This document shows positions 12,222 to 21,291 of a stretch of 64,000 nucleotides of DNA, in pieces. Numbering within the stretch: position 1 is the stretch's first letter; every line of letters begins with the position of its first letter. The stretch covers positions 704,001 to 768,000 of the forward strand of contig CAWFJP010000003.1 in assembly GCA_963816145.1 (NCBI GenBank), read 5' to 3'. The position numbers and the translations under genes are program-made. The notes under the pieces are model-generated. The model was given only the letters and a program-made list of their open reading frames with translations. It searched no databases and was not told the DNA's origin. The DNA is from an uncultured delta proteobacterium. Its GTDB lineage: Bacteria > Desulfobacterota > Binatia > UBA9968.

Positions 12222-12330
12222 TTACTGTCCTCCTCCTATTAAATTTACCGCCACTGTAATCCACCGCTGCCACTCTGTCAAAACCACTTCGACCGAGATC
12301 CCTGGCGGCGTTGCAGACTCTATTTCCGGC

Positions 12331-13419
12331 CTAAAGCGCATAGAACGTCTTGGGATTATCGTAGAGAATCTTCTGGATCGCCCGCTCGGGAATATCGCCC
12401 TTGGCAGCGCGTTTTTCCAATTCTCTACGGAATTCAAGCTCCATCGATGGATCGCGATGCGTGTAGTCGGAGCCAACCATCAGGTTGTCCTCGCCGACGC
12501 AATTCAAGATATAGGGCAGGTCTTCGTCCACCTGCACGGTGATGTAGATGCGATTATCCTTAAAGACGTTGCCCGACAACTTGATTTCGGGAATGCCCAG
12601 CACGCCGACGCTCTCGCGCCCCTGTTGACGAAACGCCTGGCGACGCAGATCGTACGCGACAAACGGCGCCCACATCGATCCCGCTTCAATGCAGCCGATG
12701 CGCAGTTTGGGAAATCTATTTGGAATCTTGTGCACGACCAGACCAATCACAGCGTTGATTACCCCGGCCTTGGTACGCATGAACTGGCCGTGAGAGAACT
12801 CACGCGCCGGCGAGAAATCGGGAATCCCCGACCCTGTGTGAATGCAGATCGGCAAATTGTACTTTTCGGCCGCGGCATAGAGTGGGTCGAAATAGGGGTC
12901 GGCGGGATACTTGCCGGCCTCGCGGTCGCCTTTCTTGAGCACGCCGCACGCGCCGTTTTCTTTTGCCCAGCGCAGCTCGCTGTCTGCTTCTTCGATGCTC
13001 TGTACCAGCGGCATGCATACCCAGCGCAGCCGGCCACCCGACTTGGAGCAACGATCGGCGAGCCAGCGGTTGTAACTGCGCCGCATGGCCGTGCTGATAT
13101 CAGGCTTCTCGGTAGCTTCCATCAAGAATAAAGTGGGATAAATCACCTGAATGTCGGTGCCCAATTCATCCATATGCTTCAGACGAACATCGATATCCAA
13201 CAGTTCGCGCGACTCGACCACGGTGCCGGAGTCCTTGTCGCTGCGGACAAAGCGCACTTGGCGCCGCCCATCGATGACCCAATAGCGCGCCGGCGGCAAT
13301 TTCGGGTCGGGATTGGCCGGATACGTCGTGGTCGGCTTGTAGGGCAAGTCGCTGTCGCGCATGTATTCCCAGGTTGCGTCGGTTTCGTCGATATGTGTGT
13401 CAGCATCAATTATTCCCAC
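12331..13419 (-). CDS. Amidohydrolase family protein (Amidohydro_2)
   Basis: IIDADTH, QVIYPT, ICIHTG, IEAG, GSDYTHRD, KILYDNP. Confidence 0.92.
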   Translation of the reverse strand: MGIIDADTHIDETDATWEYMRDSDLPYKPTTTYPANPDPKLPPARYWVIDGRRQVRFVRSDKDSGTVVESRELLDIDVRLKHMDELGTDIQVIYPTLFLMEATEKPDISTAMRRSYNRWLADRCSKSGGRLRWVCMPLVQSIEEADSELRWAKENGACGVLKKGDREAGKYPADPYFDPLYAAAEKYNLPICIHTGSGIPDFSPAREFSHGQFMRTKAGVINAVIGLVVHKIPNRFPKLRIGCIEAGSMWAPFVAYDLRRQAFRQQGRESVGVLGIPEIKLSGNVFKDNRIYITVQVDEDLPYILNCVGEDNLMVGSDYTHRDPSMELEFRRELEKRAAKGDIPERAIQKILYDNPKTFYAL

Positions 13420-13498
13420 TGTGGCTCTCTCCTTACTGCATCAAGTCTTTACTTTTTCTATTACGCTTTGGCGCGAGATTAAAGAGCCCCGCATTTAC

Positions 13499-14581
13499 TC
13501 ATAGGCCGTAAAATGCTTTGGGATTGTCGTAGAGTATCTTCGCGACGGCGGTCTTGGGGATCTCGCCACGGTCGGCGCGTTGCTGCAAAATTTTTCGAAA
13601 CTCCAGCTCCATGGACGGATCGCGATGGGTGTAGTCGGAGCCGACAATCAAATTATCCTCGCCGACGTATTGCAGGATGTACGGCAAATCCTCATCCACC
13701 TGGCAGGTGATGTAAATTCGATTGTCACGGAAAAGGTTGGCTTTTATCTCGGTTTGCGGCCCGCCCAGGACGCTCACCCGGCCGGCGCGCGATGCCGCGC
13801 GCCGACGCAGATCGTAGTCGACGAACGGCGCCCACGAGGCACCGGCTTCGATACAGCCGAAGCGCAGTTTGGGAAATTGACTGGGGATGTTGTTGACCAT
13901 CAAAGTCTCGATACCGTTCACCGCCGCCGCTTTGGTGCGCCAGAACCCCGCGAGTGAAAATTCCCGCGCCGGGGAAAAATCTGGAATGCCGGACCCTGTG
14001 TGGATGCAGATCGGCAGGTCGAGTTTTTCCGCTTCCTGATACAGCGGCATGAAGAACGGATCGGCGATCCATTTTTCCGCTTCGCGGTCGCCTTTCTTCA
14101 AGACACCGCAGGCACCATGCTCCTTGGCGAAACGCAGCTCTTTGACCGCCTCGTCCATGTTATGCAGCGGCGGAAGACATACCCAGCGCAGCCGACCATT
14201 GGACTTGGAACAGCGATCCGCTAGCCAACGGTTGTAGCTACGGCGCAAGGCGCTGGCTACGTCGGGCTTTTCGCTGGCCTCCATGAGAAAAACCGTCGGG
14301 TAGATGACTTGAATTTCGGTGCCGAGCTGGTCCATGTGTTTGAGACGCACCTGGATATCCAACAGCTCGCGCGACTGCACCACCGTTCCCGACTCTTCGT
14401 CGCCACGGATAAAGCGCAGCTGGCGCCGCCCGTCGATCAGCCAATAGCGGGTCGGCACCTTCGTCGGATCGGGATTGGCGGGATACTGCGTCGTCGGCTT
14501 GAAGCGCAGGTCGTCACCGGTCATGTATTCCCAGGTGTCATCCGTTTCATCGATATGCGTATCGGCGTCTATGATTCCCAT
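13499..14581 (-). CDS. Amidohydrolase family protein, tandem paralog of 12331-13419
   Basis: Same motifs, with long identical stretches shared with its neighbour (ICIHTGSGIPDFSPAREFS, VGSDYTHRDPSMELEFR). Confidence 0.92.
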   Translation of the reverse strand: MGIIDADTHIDETDDTWEYMTGDDLRFKPTTQYPANPDPTKVPTRYWLIDGRRQLRFIRGDEESGTVVQSRELLDIQVRLKHMDQLGTEIQVIYPTVFLMEASEKPDVASALRRSYNRWLADRCSKSNGRLRWVCLPPLHNMDEAVKELRFAKEHGACGVLKKGDREAEKWIADPFFMPLYQEAEKLDLPICIHTGSGIPDFSPAREFSLAGFWRTKAAAVNGIETLMVNNIPSQFPKLRFGCIEAGASWAPFVDYDLRRRAASRAGRVSVLGGPQTEIKANLFRDNRIYITCQVDEDLPYILQYVGEDNLIVGSDYTHRDPSMELEFRKILQQRADRGEIPKTAVAKILYDNPKAFYGL

Positions 14582-14649
14582 GATGATCCCCTCCGATTAG
14601 AAAACATCTAGCCTCAACCACTCCACGGTCCTAGAAACCTTATCCGCTT

Positions 14650-14812
14650 TGTCATTCCGAGGCGAAGCCGAGGAATCTCGACTTCGTAAAGTAGCCGCCA
14701 GGTCGAGATCACTCGCCATGCTCGGGATGTTAGGCTTGGGCAACTGCCCCATTGCGACTCGGCCAGGGACCGACCATCGAACCTTGAACCGTTGAACGTT
14801 TGAACCTGGAAC
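14650..14812. repeat. REP-like doublet (TGTCATTCCGAG...GAATCTC) followed by TTGAAC repeats
   Basis: TGTCATTCCGAGGCGAAGCCGAGGAATCTCG...CGAGATCACTCGCCATGCTCGGGATG, then CTTGAACC GTTGAACG TTTGAACC TGGAAC. Confidence 0.7.
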
Positions 14813-14830
14813 AGCTAATGCGGTCAAGCG

Positions 14831-15229
14831 TTAGACATCGAACTGTTTTCGCCCCTTCATCTTCTCATTCATCGCCGGGTCGAGATAGATCGTCGGCCCG
14901 CCGAAACCTTCGGCGCGGTTGCCGAGCAGCGCCATCACCGTATCGCCGGTGTTTTTGATGTCGTAGTAATACTTCGCCGGCAGCAGCACCACACTGCCCT
15001 TTTCGACTTTAGTCCGGCTGCCGTCGCGATGGACGATATGCCCCGACCCCTCGATGACGGTAAAAGTTTCATCGGTGTTGTGGTAGTGCAGACCGTTGGT
15101 TCCTTCGCCGGGCATATAGACGTTTAGCCAAACACGGAAATTCGCCGTGCCCATGAGATTGAAATACATTTTCGGCTTGCCCGATTTGACGGTTTCTTCG
15201 ATTTTGTCTTGCAGCGTTGCTAGTTCCAT
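14831..15229 (-). CDS. Cupin domain protein
   Basis: LHYHNTDETFTVIEGSG cupin motif 1. GGAGG RBS. Confidence 0.88.
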   Translation of the reverse strand: MELATLQDKIEETVKSGKPKMYFNLMGTANFRVWLNVYMPGEGTNGLHYHNTDETFTVIEGSGHIVHRDGSRTKVEKGSVVLLPAKYYYDIKNTGDTVMALLGNRAEGFGGPTIYLDPAMNEKMKGRKQFDV

Positions 15230-15295
15230 TCTGTCCCTCCTGTTTCCCCATTTTTATTATGAACGGCGTCAAATGTTCAAGATTAGCGCTCACTA

Positions 15296-15604
15296 GTTCA
15301 AGCCGTTCCATCACTTCGTTCAGCTCAACCGCTACGCTCCGTTCAAATCGTTGTCGGAGGTTTCAAACTTTCGATGAACGGTTCCGCGCCTCCCCCGCGA
15401 GCGAGGCTGTGTCGTAATGCGCAAATGCCCCACATCTGTCATCCCGAGTGCAGCGAGGGATCTCGTGTTTTCAGCCACATACGAAGAAGAGATTTCTCGG
15501 CTTCACCTCGAAATGACAGTTGCGACACAGTCTGGAGCGCGGGGGAGGATTGAAGGTGGGGGTTGAACGGAGCGTAGCGATTGAACGACTGGAACGATTG
15601 GAAC
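15296..15604. repeat. Nested composite palindromic element (GTTCAA/TTGAAC arms around a CCTCCCCCGCG hairpin around a MITE)
   Basis: TCAACCGCTACGCTCCGTTCAA (15325-15346) pairs with TTGAACGGAGCGTAGCGATTGA (15563-15584). Inner arms are CCTCCCCCGCG and CGCGGGGGAGG. Confidence 0.8.
15403..15534. mobile_element. About 132-bp MITE-like element, copy 1
   Basis: Imperfect TIRs GAGGCTGTGTCGTAA / TTGCGACACAGTCT enclose a TGTCATCCCGAG...GAAATGACA REP doublet. Near-identical to 28920-29051. Confidence 0.75.
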
Positions 15605-15620
15605 ATCTCCAGATTCCGAA

Positions 15621-16739
15621 TTACACCTCCCCAAACAACCGTATCGGATTCTCGTAGAGAATCTTTTGCTTCTGCCGCTCGGTGATATCCCGGCGCGCCA
15701 ACAGTTCCTGGGCGGCATTCTCGCGCCCTTCGCCATGCGGATAATCCGACGAAAACAGCAGCTGATCTTCGCCCAAGAGTGCGATCTCTTCCTTCATCAA
15801 CGGGTCTTCCATCTCGCCGCAGACGAAGAAGCGGCCCGATTTCAGACACTCCTTCATAGTCATCCTGGGCATCTTCGCTTCGAGAATCTTCGGCTGAATC
15901 TCGCGGTCGCGGGCGATGTAATGATCGATGCGGCCCGCCATGTAGAAAAGCCACTCGGCGCCGAATTCCATAAACGCAATTCGCAGGTCGGGATAACGAT
16001 CCATCATGCCGCGGCCAAGCAGGGCGACGAACGCCATCTGCGCCGGCAGCGCCATGCTCAGCGCATGGGCGTCGAGAAAAGTTTCGACGCAGTTATCGAA
16101 AGCCGGAAAGCTCGCCGCCATATGCACGCATAGCGGCAGCTTGCAGCGCGCGAACTCGTCCCAAAACTCGCTGAACGTTTCATCGCTCAACATCTTGTCA
16201 TGGGCGGTGCCGAACACCACCGCCGCCGAGGCCCCGAGCTTGAGCATTTCCTCCAACGCGGCGATGGACTCGCGCGGATGGCGCAGGGGAATCAAGCCGG
16301 CCCATTTCAGGCGTTTGGCGAATGGTTTGGTCTGGCGCGCGATGAAACGGTTGAAGGCGCGATACAACGCCGCTTCGAAGCGCGGGTCGGCGGTCCAGCG
16401 CGCATAGAGCGTCGACGGAAAGAGAAATTGCACGTCGATGCCCAATCGGTCGAGGTCGCGAATCCGCGCCTCGGGATCGACGACCGTGAGCGAGCCGCGG
16501 TTGGTGCCTTCGACCACCCAGCGGGGCGGGTTCGCCGGTTGCAGTCCCGGCCCAAGCGCGTGCGGCTCCATCCGTCCATCTATCAACCAACCGGCGGTAA
16601 AAGCCGCCAGTTCCGCGCCGTCGTGAATCAAGGCCGGCCGCGGCCGCCGCGCGGAAAACTCCTTCGGCATATCTTCCCACATCTGCGGCGCCGCATTGAC
16701 ATGCGCGTCGGCATCGTAAACTCGATATCCGTTAATCAT
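15621..16739 (-). CDS. Amidohydrolase family protein
   Basis: Start trimmed to MINGYRVYDADAH after a GGGAG RBS. Motifs LCVHMA, MEFG, SSDYPHGE. Confidence 0.92.
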   Translation of the reverse strand: MINGYRVYDADAHVNAAPQMWEDMPKEFSARRPRPALIHDGAELAAFTAGWLIDGRMEPHALGPGLQPANPPRWVVEGTNRGSLTVVDPEARIRDLDRLGIDVQFLFPSTLYARWTADPRFEAALYRAFNRFIARQTKPFAKRLKWAGLIPLRHPRESIAALEEMLKLGASAAVVFGTAHDKMLSDETFSEFWDEFARCKLPLCVHMAASFPAFDNCVETFLDAHALSMALPAQMAFVALLGRGMMDRYPDLRIAFMEFGAEWLFYMAGRIDHYIARDREIQPKILEAKMPRMTMKECLKSGRFFVCGEMEDPLMKEEIALLGEDQLLFSSDYPHGEGRENAAQELLARRDITERQKQKILYENPIRLFGEV

Positions 16740-16884
16740 TGTAAACTCCCGAATTGAATTGTTGAGCGGTTTAACCATGCCGTTCGACGCGCTGTCAAAC
16801 CCAGGCAAAACGAATGCTGCGTTTTTCCGTCACTTCCGCATAACGGGGATTCAGGTTTGTTCCGGCGTAATCAAATGATTTCTC

Positions 16885-16957
16885 CATCACAGAGCTCACT
16901 GAGAACACAGAGAAAAGTTATTTTGAATCCTCTGCGATCTCTGTGTCCTCTGTGGTG
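16885..16957. repeat. CACAGAG 9-mer inverted repeat element
   Basis: CACAGAGCT CACTGAGAA CACAGAG ... CTCTGCGAT CTCTGTGTC CTCTGTGGTG. Confidence 0.75.
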
Positions 16958-17058
16958 AAACATCTAGTCTGATTCTCCCAAGCGGCATTGACAGAAATCG
17001 CGCCTGGGTGTTAAGCCAGCTGTGACTATCAAATTTTTTGCCGAGGAGAACGCTCGTG

Positions 17059-18100
17059 ATGGACGGAGTCGATATTATCGATGCCGATGGCCATGTCTTG
17101 GAGACCGACGCCGAATTGGAGCAATATTTTGACGGCGACTACAAAGGCCACCGCCGCACCGGCACCTTTTCGATCTTTCCTTCCCTCGACGGCTGGCCGC
17201 GCGGCTTTGTCCGCGGCTTGAACAAGGTCACCAAGGTCGATTGCAACAGCTGGGTCCAGTTTATCGAAGGCTCGAATATCTCCGCGGCGGTGCTCTATCC
17301 GACGGCCGCGCTTTCCGCCGGCCTCATTCAGGACCATGACTGGGCTTGCGTGGTCGCGCGCATGTATAACAATTGGCTCTATGATCGCTACTGCAAGATC
17401 GACCAGCGCTTGAAAGGTGTGGCACTTTTGCCGGTGCAAAATCCCCAGGAAGCCGCCAACGAATTGCGCCGTTGCGTCAAAGATTACGGCATGATCGCAG
17501 GATTATTGCCGGCGGTCACAAACCTGCACAAGGGCTACGGCCACCAGGATTTCCATCCTATCTATAAAGTCGCCCAAGAACTGAACGTTCCCCTCACCGT
17601 TCATGGCGCGGTCAGCGCCAACTTGGGCTTCGATTTTCTCCAGACCATGTCGATGATCCACACGCTGGAGCATCCGATCGCCCAGATGATCCAGCTCACC
17701 AGCGTCGTCCTCGACGGCGTGTTCGATCTGTATCCCCAAACTGCGAATCGGTTTCCTCGAAGCCGGCGCCGGCTGGATCCCCTATATGATGGACCGGCTG
17801 GATGAAAAGGATCACATCGACCGCAAGCGCAAGCACTTCCCGCTGAGCAAGAAGCCCAGCGACTACTTCAAGCGCGGCAATATCTACATTACCTGTGAGA
17901 CCGATGAAAAGACTCTGGACGTGGTCGTGCGCGAAATGGGCGAAGACTTCATGATGTACCCCACCGACTTCCCGCACGAACGCGAGGCCGGCGTGTTCGC
18001 CAAGGACATCCCGGAGTTTTGGGCGAGAAGAGATCTATCGGAACAGGTGAAACGAAAAGTTTTCAGCGATAACGCCAAACGGTTTTACGCGATCAGTTAG
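17059..18100 (+). pseudogene. Amidohydrolase split by a +1 frameshift (or sequencing error)
   Basis: IIDADGHV at the N-terminus. Removing one C from TATCCCCAAA (about 17734) restores YPKLRIGFLEAGAGWIPYMMDRLDE...PTDFPHE. Confidence 0.85.
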
Positions 18101-18104
18101 GATA

Positions 18105-18185
18105 CTCACCACGAAGGACACGAAGAGCACGAAGTTCGGAAAAGATAATCCGAAACCTTCGTGTCCTTCGGTGCTTCGTGGTGAG
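18105..18185. repeat. CACGAAG 9-mer inverted repeat element
   Basis: CTCACCACGAAGGACACGAAGAGCACGAAG-TTCGGA...TCCGAA-CTTCGTGTCCTTCGGTGCTTCGTGGTGAG. Near-identical copy at 51001-51080 and a half copy at about 40986-41010. Confidence 0.85.
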
Positions 18186-18211
18186 AACAAGTTTTCCACG
18201 GGAGGCCAACA

Positions 18212-19327
18212 ATGCCGGGAATCATCGACGCCGACACTCATATCGCTGAATCGGAAAGCATGTGGAAATACTTCGACAAGGAAATGTACCACCGCCGGCC
18301 GGTCATGGTTTCGGCGCCCGACGACACGCTGTACCAGGACTTCAACGTGCTGTGGCTCATCGACGGCAACATATTTCCAAAAGCCTCGGGCAAGGGCGGC
18401 TTCCGCATCATCACGCCGACGGCGTCGAAGCGCGAAGCCAATCGCACGGACATCGCGCTCGGCTGCCGCGAGATCACCGATGTTCCGGCCCGGCTGGCCG
18501 ACATGGACAAGGCCGGCGTCGAGACCCAGGTGATCTACCCGACGCTTTTTCTCATCGACGTGACCGATGACGCCAAGCTCCAGGCAGCTCTATGCGGCGC
18601 GTATAACAATTTCCTCGGCGAAGTTTACCGACAGTCCAACAACCGGCTGCGCTGGGTCGCCGTGCTGCCGCTAAAATCGGTTGACGAGTCGATCAAACAG
18701 ATGTACGAAGCCAAACAAAACGGCGCCGTCGGTATCTTCTTCAGCGGCATCGTCGGCTCACTGACGCTCAACAATCCGCACTTTTATCCGATCTACGCGG
18801 AAGCCGAGAAGTTGGGTCTGCCAATCTGCGTGCACACCGGCCAAGGCTCGCGGCCGCTGCTTGAATTTTTCGATCTCGAATTGAACGGCACGTTCGGCAG
18901 TTCGCACTGCCCGCCGATCATCGGCTTTCGCGATTTGGTCGCCAGCGAAATCCCCGAGAAATTCCCCGCCTTGAGATTCGGCTTTCTCGAAGTCTCGGCA
19001 AGCTGGGTGCCGTTTCTCTACCATCACTTGAAGCGCTCCGCCCGGCCGCGCCCGAGTTTCCCCAACGCCCGCTGGAAACACGCCTCGTGCAAAGACCTGT
19101 TCCGCGACTACCGCATCTATGTAGCCTGCGAAGTCGACGAGGATATCCCTTACCTGGCGGAGTACATCGGCGAAGATAATCTGATGATTGGCTCCGACTA
19201 CGGCCACAACGATCCCGCCGAGGAGAAGGCCTTGGTGCAAACGATGCGGAGCCGTGAAGATTTGCCGGCTGGACTAGCCGATAAAATCATGTGTGAGAAC
19301 CCGAAGATTTTTTACGGACTAAACTGA
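18212..19327 (+). CDS. Amidohydrolase family protein
   Basis: IIDADTH, QVIYPT, ICVHTG, GSDYGHND. Confidence 0.92.
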   Translation: MPGIIDADTHIAESESMWKYFDKEMYHRRPVMVSAPDDTLYQDFNVLWLIDGNIFPKASGKGGFRIITPTASKREANRTDIALGCREITDVPARLADMDKAGVETQVIYPTLFLIDVTDDAKLQAALCGAYNNFLGEVYRQSNNRLRWVAVLPLKSVDESIKQMYEAKQNGAVGIFFSGIVGSLTLNNPHFYPIYAEAEKLGLPICVHTGQGSRPLLEFFDLELNGTFGSSHCPPIIGFRDLVASEIPEKFPALRFGFLEVSASWVPFLYHHLKRSARPRPSFPNARWKHASCKDLFRDYRIYVACEVDEDIPYLAEYIGEDNLMIGSDYGHNDPAEEKALVQTMRSREDLPAGLADKIMCENPKIFYGLN

Positions 19328-19344
19328 TCTGAATGAGAGGCTTT

Positions 19345-20367
19345 ATGAAGAGGACTCTTCTACTAGCGACGATGATTCTCTGGAGCACGGAACTCTGGGC
19401 GCAGAACCAATTCTACCAGGGCAAAACCATCACGGTGATCAGCACCTCCAGCACTGGCAGCGCCTACGATATTTACGCCCGGCTCGTGGCCCAATTCATG
19501 GGCAAGCATATCCCGGGCAACCCCAGCTTCATCGCCCAGAACATGCCCGGCGCCGGCTCGCTCATCGGCACCAACTATCTATACGGCTTGGCCAAAGGCG
19601 ACGGCACGGTGATCGGCGGCTTGCAGCCGTCGATGTATTTCAATCAACTCTACAAGCAGCCCGAGGCCAAGTACGACTGGGCAAAGTTCAACTGGCTCGG
19701 CAGCTCGGACCAGTCCGAAAGTCTGCTCTACATGCGCGCCGACCTGCCGTACAAAACTATGGCGGACGTGCGCAAGGCCAAGGAGCCGCCCAAATGCGGC
19801 TCCACCGGCCCGGGGACTTCCGGAACCTATATGCCCAAACTCATGGAAGAACTGCTCGGCACGAAATTCACCATCATCTCGGGTTACAAAGGCGGCGCCG
19901 AAATCGATCTGGCGGTGGAGCGGGGCGAACTCCAGTGCCGCGCCCTGACGATTCAGGCGTACCATACCCGCGAGCCCTACCACACCTGGCGCAAAACCGG
20001 CTTCGCGCGCATTTTGATGCAGACCGGCAAAACCCGCGACCCGCGCATCGCCGACACGCCGACCATTTACGAGCTGATGAATGAACATAAAACCGCCGAG
20101 TCCGAACGGCGCTTGCTGCCGTTGATCCTCGCCGCCAGCGACTTCGGCCGCCCCATGGTCGCTCCCCCCGCAGTGCCGCCGGACAGAGTCAAGATTCTGC
20201 GCGAAGCGTATCTCAAAACCCTGGCCGATCCCGATCTCTTGGCTGAAGCGAAGCGAAAAAACCTCGACATCACCCCCACTTCCGGCGAAGAGCTCCAAGA
20301 GTTGGCCAAACAAGTGATGGTGCAGACGCCCGATATCGTGGCGCGCGTGAAGACGCTCATGGAGTAG
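19345..20367 (+). CDS. TctC/Bug-like tripartite tricarboxylate transporter substrate-binding protein
   Basis: FYQGKTI, GKHIPGNP, QNMPGAG, GYKGGAEIDLAVERGE. Confidence 0.9.
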   Translation: MKRTLLLATMILWSTELWAQNQFYQGKTITVISTSSTGSAYDIYARLVAQFMGKHIPGNPSFIAQNMPGAGSLIGTNYLYGLAKGDGTVIGGLQPSMYFNQLYKQPEAKYDWAKFNWLGSSDQSESLLYMRADLPYKTMADVRKAKEPPKCGSTGPGTSGTYMPKLMEELLGTKFTIISGYKGGAEIDLAVERGELQCRALTIQAYHTREPYHTWRKTGFARILMQTGKTRDPRIADTPTIYELMNEHKTAESERRLLPLILAASDFGRPMVAPPAVPPDRVKILREAYLKTLADPDLLAEAKRKNLDITPTSGEELQELAKQVMVQTPDIVARVKTLME

Positions 20368-20405
20368 GGATAGAAATTGTTACTGGCCCCAAACGGTCCG
20401 ACCAT

Positions 20406-20484
20406 GTAGGGGCGGGTTTGAAACCCGCCCTCCGAATGCTTGGGCCGACACCTCGATCAGGGCAGGTTTAAAACCTGCCCCTAC
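20406..20484. repeat. GTAG REP doublet (REPIN) on the 3' side of the RAYT
   Basis: GTAGGGGCGGGTTTGAAACCCGCCC ... GGGCAGGTTTAAAACCTGCCCCTAC. Confidence 0.9.
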
Positions 20485-20496
20485 ATCGGATACAGA

Positions 20497-21114
20497 TCAT
20501 ACTTCCCAGGGCTTCGGTGTCACGCTGGTTTTGATTTGCTTGCGCAACGGATTCTCCCGATCCATCTGCCACTGCAAAGGATTGCTGGCGATGTATTCAC
20601 GGATGCGATGCAGTTCATCTTCAGTGCGCACAACATGTTCATAATAGTTTCGTTGCCAAACCGAGATTCCGGCAGTGCCGCGTATCTCATTAATGCGCCG
20701 TGCCGAAAATGTTTTGAACGCCCGAACGACCTCCGACAGCGTAGGGGCGGGTTTCAAACCCACCCTGGCCGAATTCGGACCAACCGCCACCCCACGGGCA
20801 GGTTTAAAACCTACCCTTACGCCGGACGTTCCACCTACGCCATCGTCCATCCACGTGATGATGCCATTAACATGGTTCGGCATCACGACGAACGCATCGC
20901 ATTCCACATTCGAAAAGTGAACTGGCAACTCGTCCCAGATCGTTTGGATGATATGACCGACTTGGTTCAGCCGCATTTCACCGTCGACGACTTCTCCAAA
21001 GGAACACGCGCGATCCTTCGATACGATCGTAACAAAATACCCACCCGCCTCCCCATAATCGTATCCATGCAACCGAATTGATCGGCGGCGTAGTCTTTTC
21101 GGGTTCTGCTCCAC
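20497..21114 (-). mobile_element. REP-associated tyrosine transposase (RAYT; IS200/IS605-superfamily Y1 transposase)
   Basis: RRSIRLHGYDY, GYFVTI, VVMPNHVNGII (HUH altered to HUN), WQRNYYEHVVR, catalytic YIASNP. Flanked by GTAG REPs. Confidence 0.9.
20741..20820. repeat. GTAG REP doublet inside the RAYT coding sequence
   Basis: GTAGGGGCGGGTTTCAAACCCACCC ... GGGCAGGTTTAAAACCTACCCTTAC, translated in-frame as VRVGFKPAR...RVGLKPAPT. Confidence 0.88.
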
Positions 21115-21168
21115 AATCGGAACTACCTAACGGCCTTACTTTCAATCTGCAACGGCAAACATCTTAAT

Positions 21169-21195
21169 GTAGGGGCGGGTTTGAAACCCGCCCCT
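21169..21195. repeat. GTAG REP on the 5' side of the RAYT
   Basis: GTAGGGGCGGGTTTGAAACCCGCCCCT. Confidence 0.9.
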
Positions 21196-21291
21196 TTTTC
21201 CGCTCTCCAGTTTTCACGATTTGACACTCCTCCGGGCCAGTGTTACGCATCGAGACTAAAAACTTCCTACTATCCTGAAAGCGAGATTCCC

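Noticed and set aside
14597-14827. Short ORFs over repeat-rich intergenic DNA (also 15439-15954, 28774-29185, 40915-41220, 42222-42599)
   Set aside because: They are translations of REP/MITE sequence or shadows of real genes.
20406-21195. Recurring 25-bp palindromes as a possible CRISPR array
   Set aside because: Alternating orientation, irregular spacing, GTAG heads, an adjacent RAYT and no cas genes all indicate REPs.
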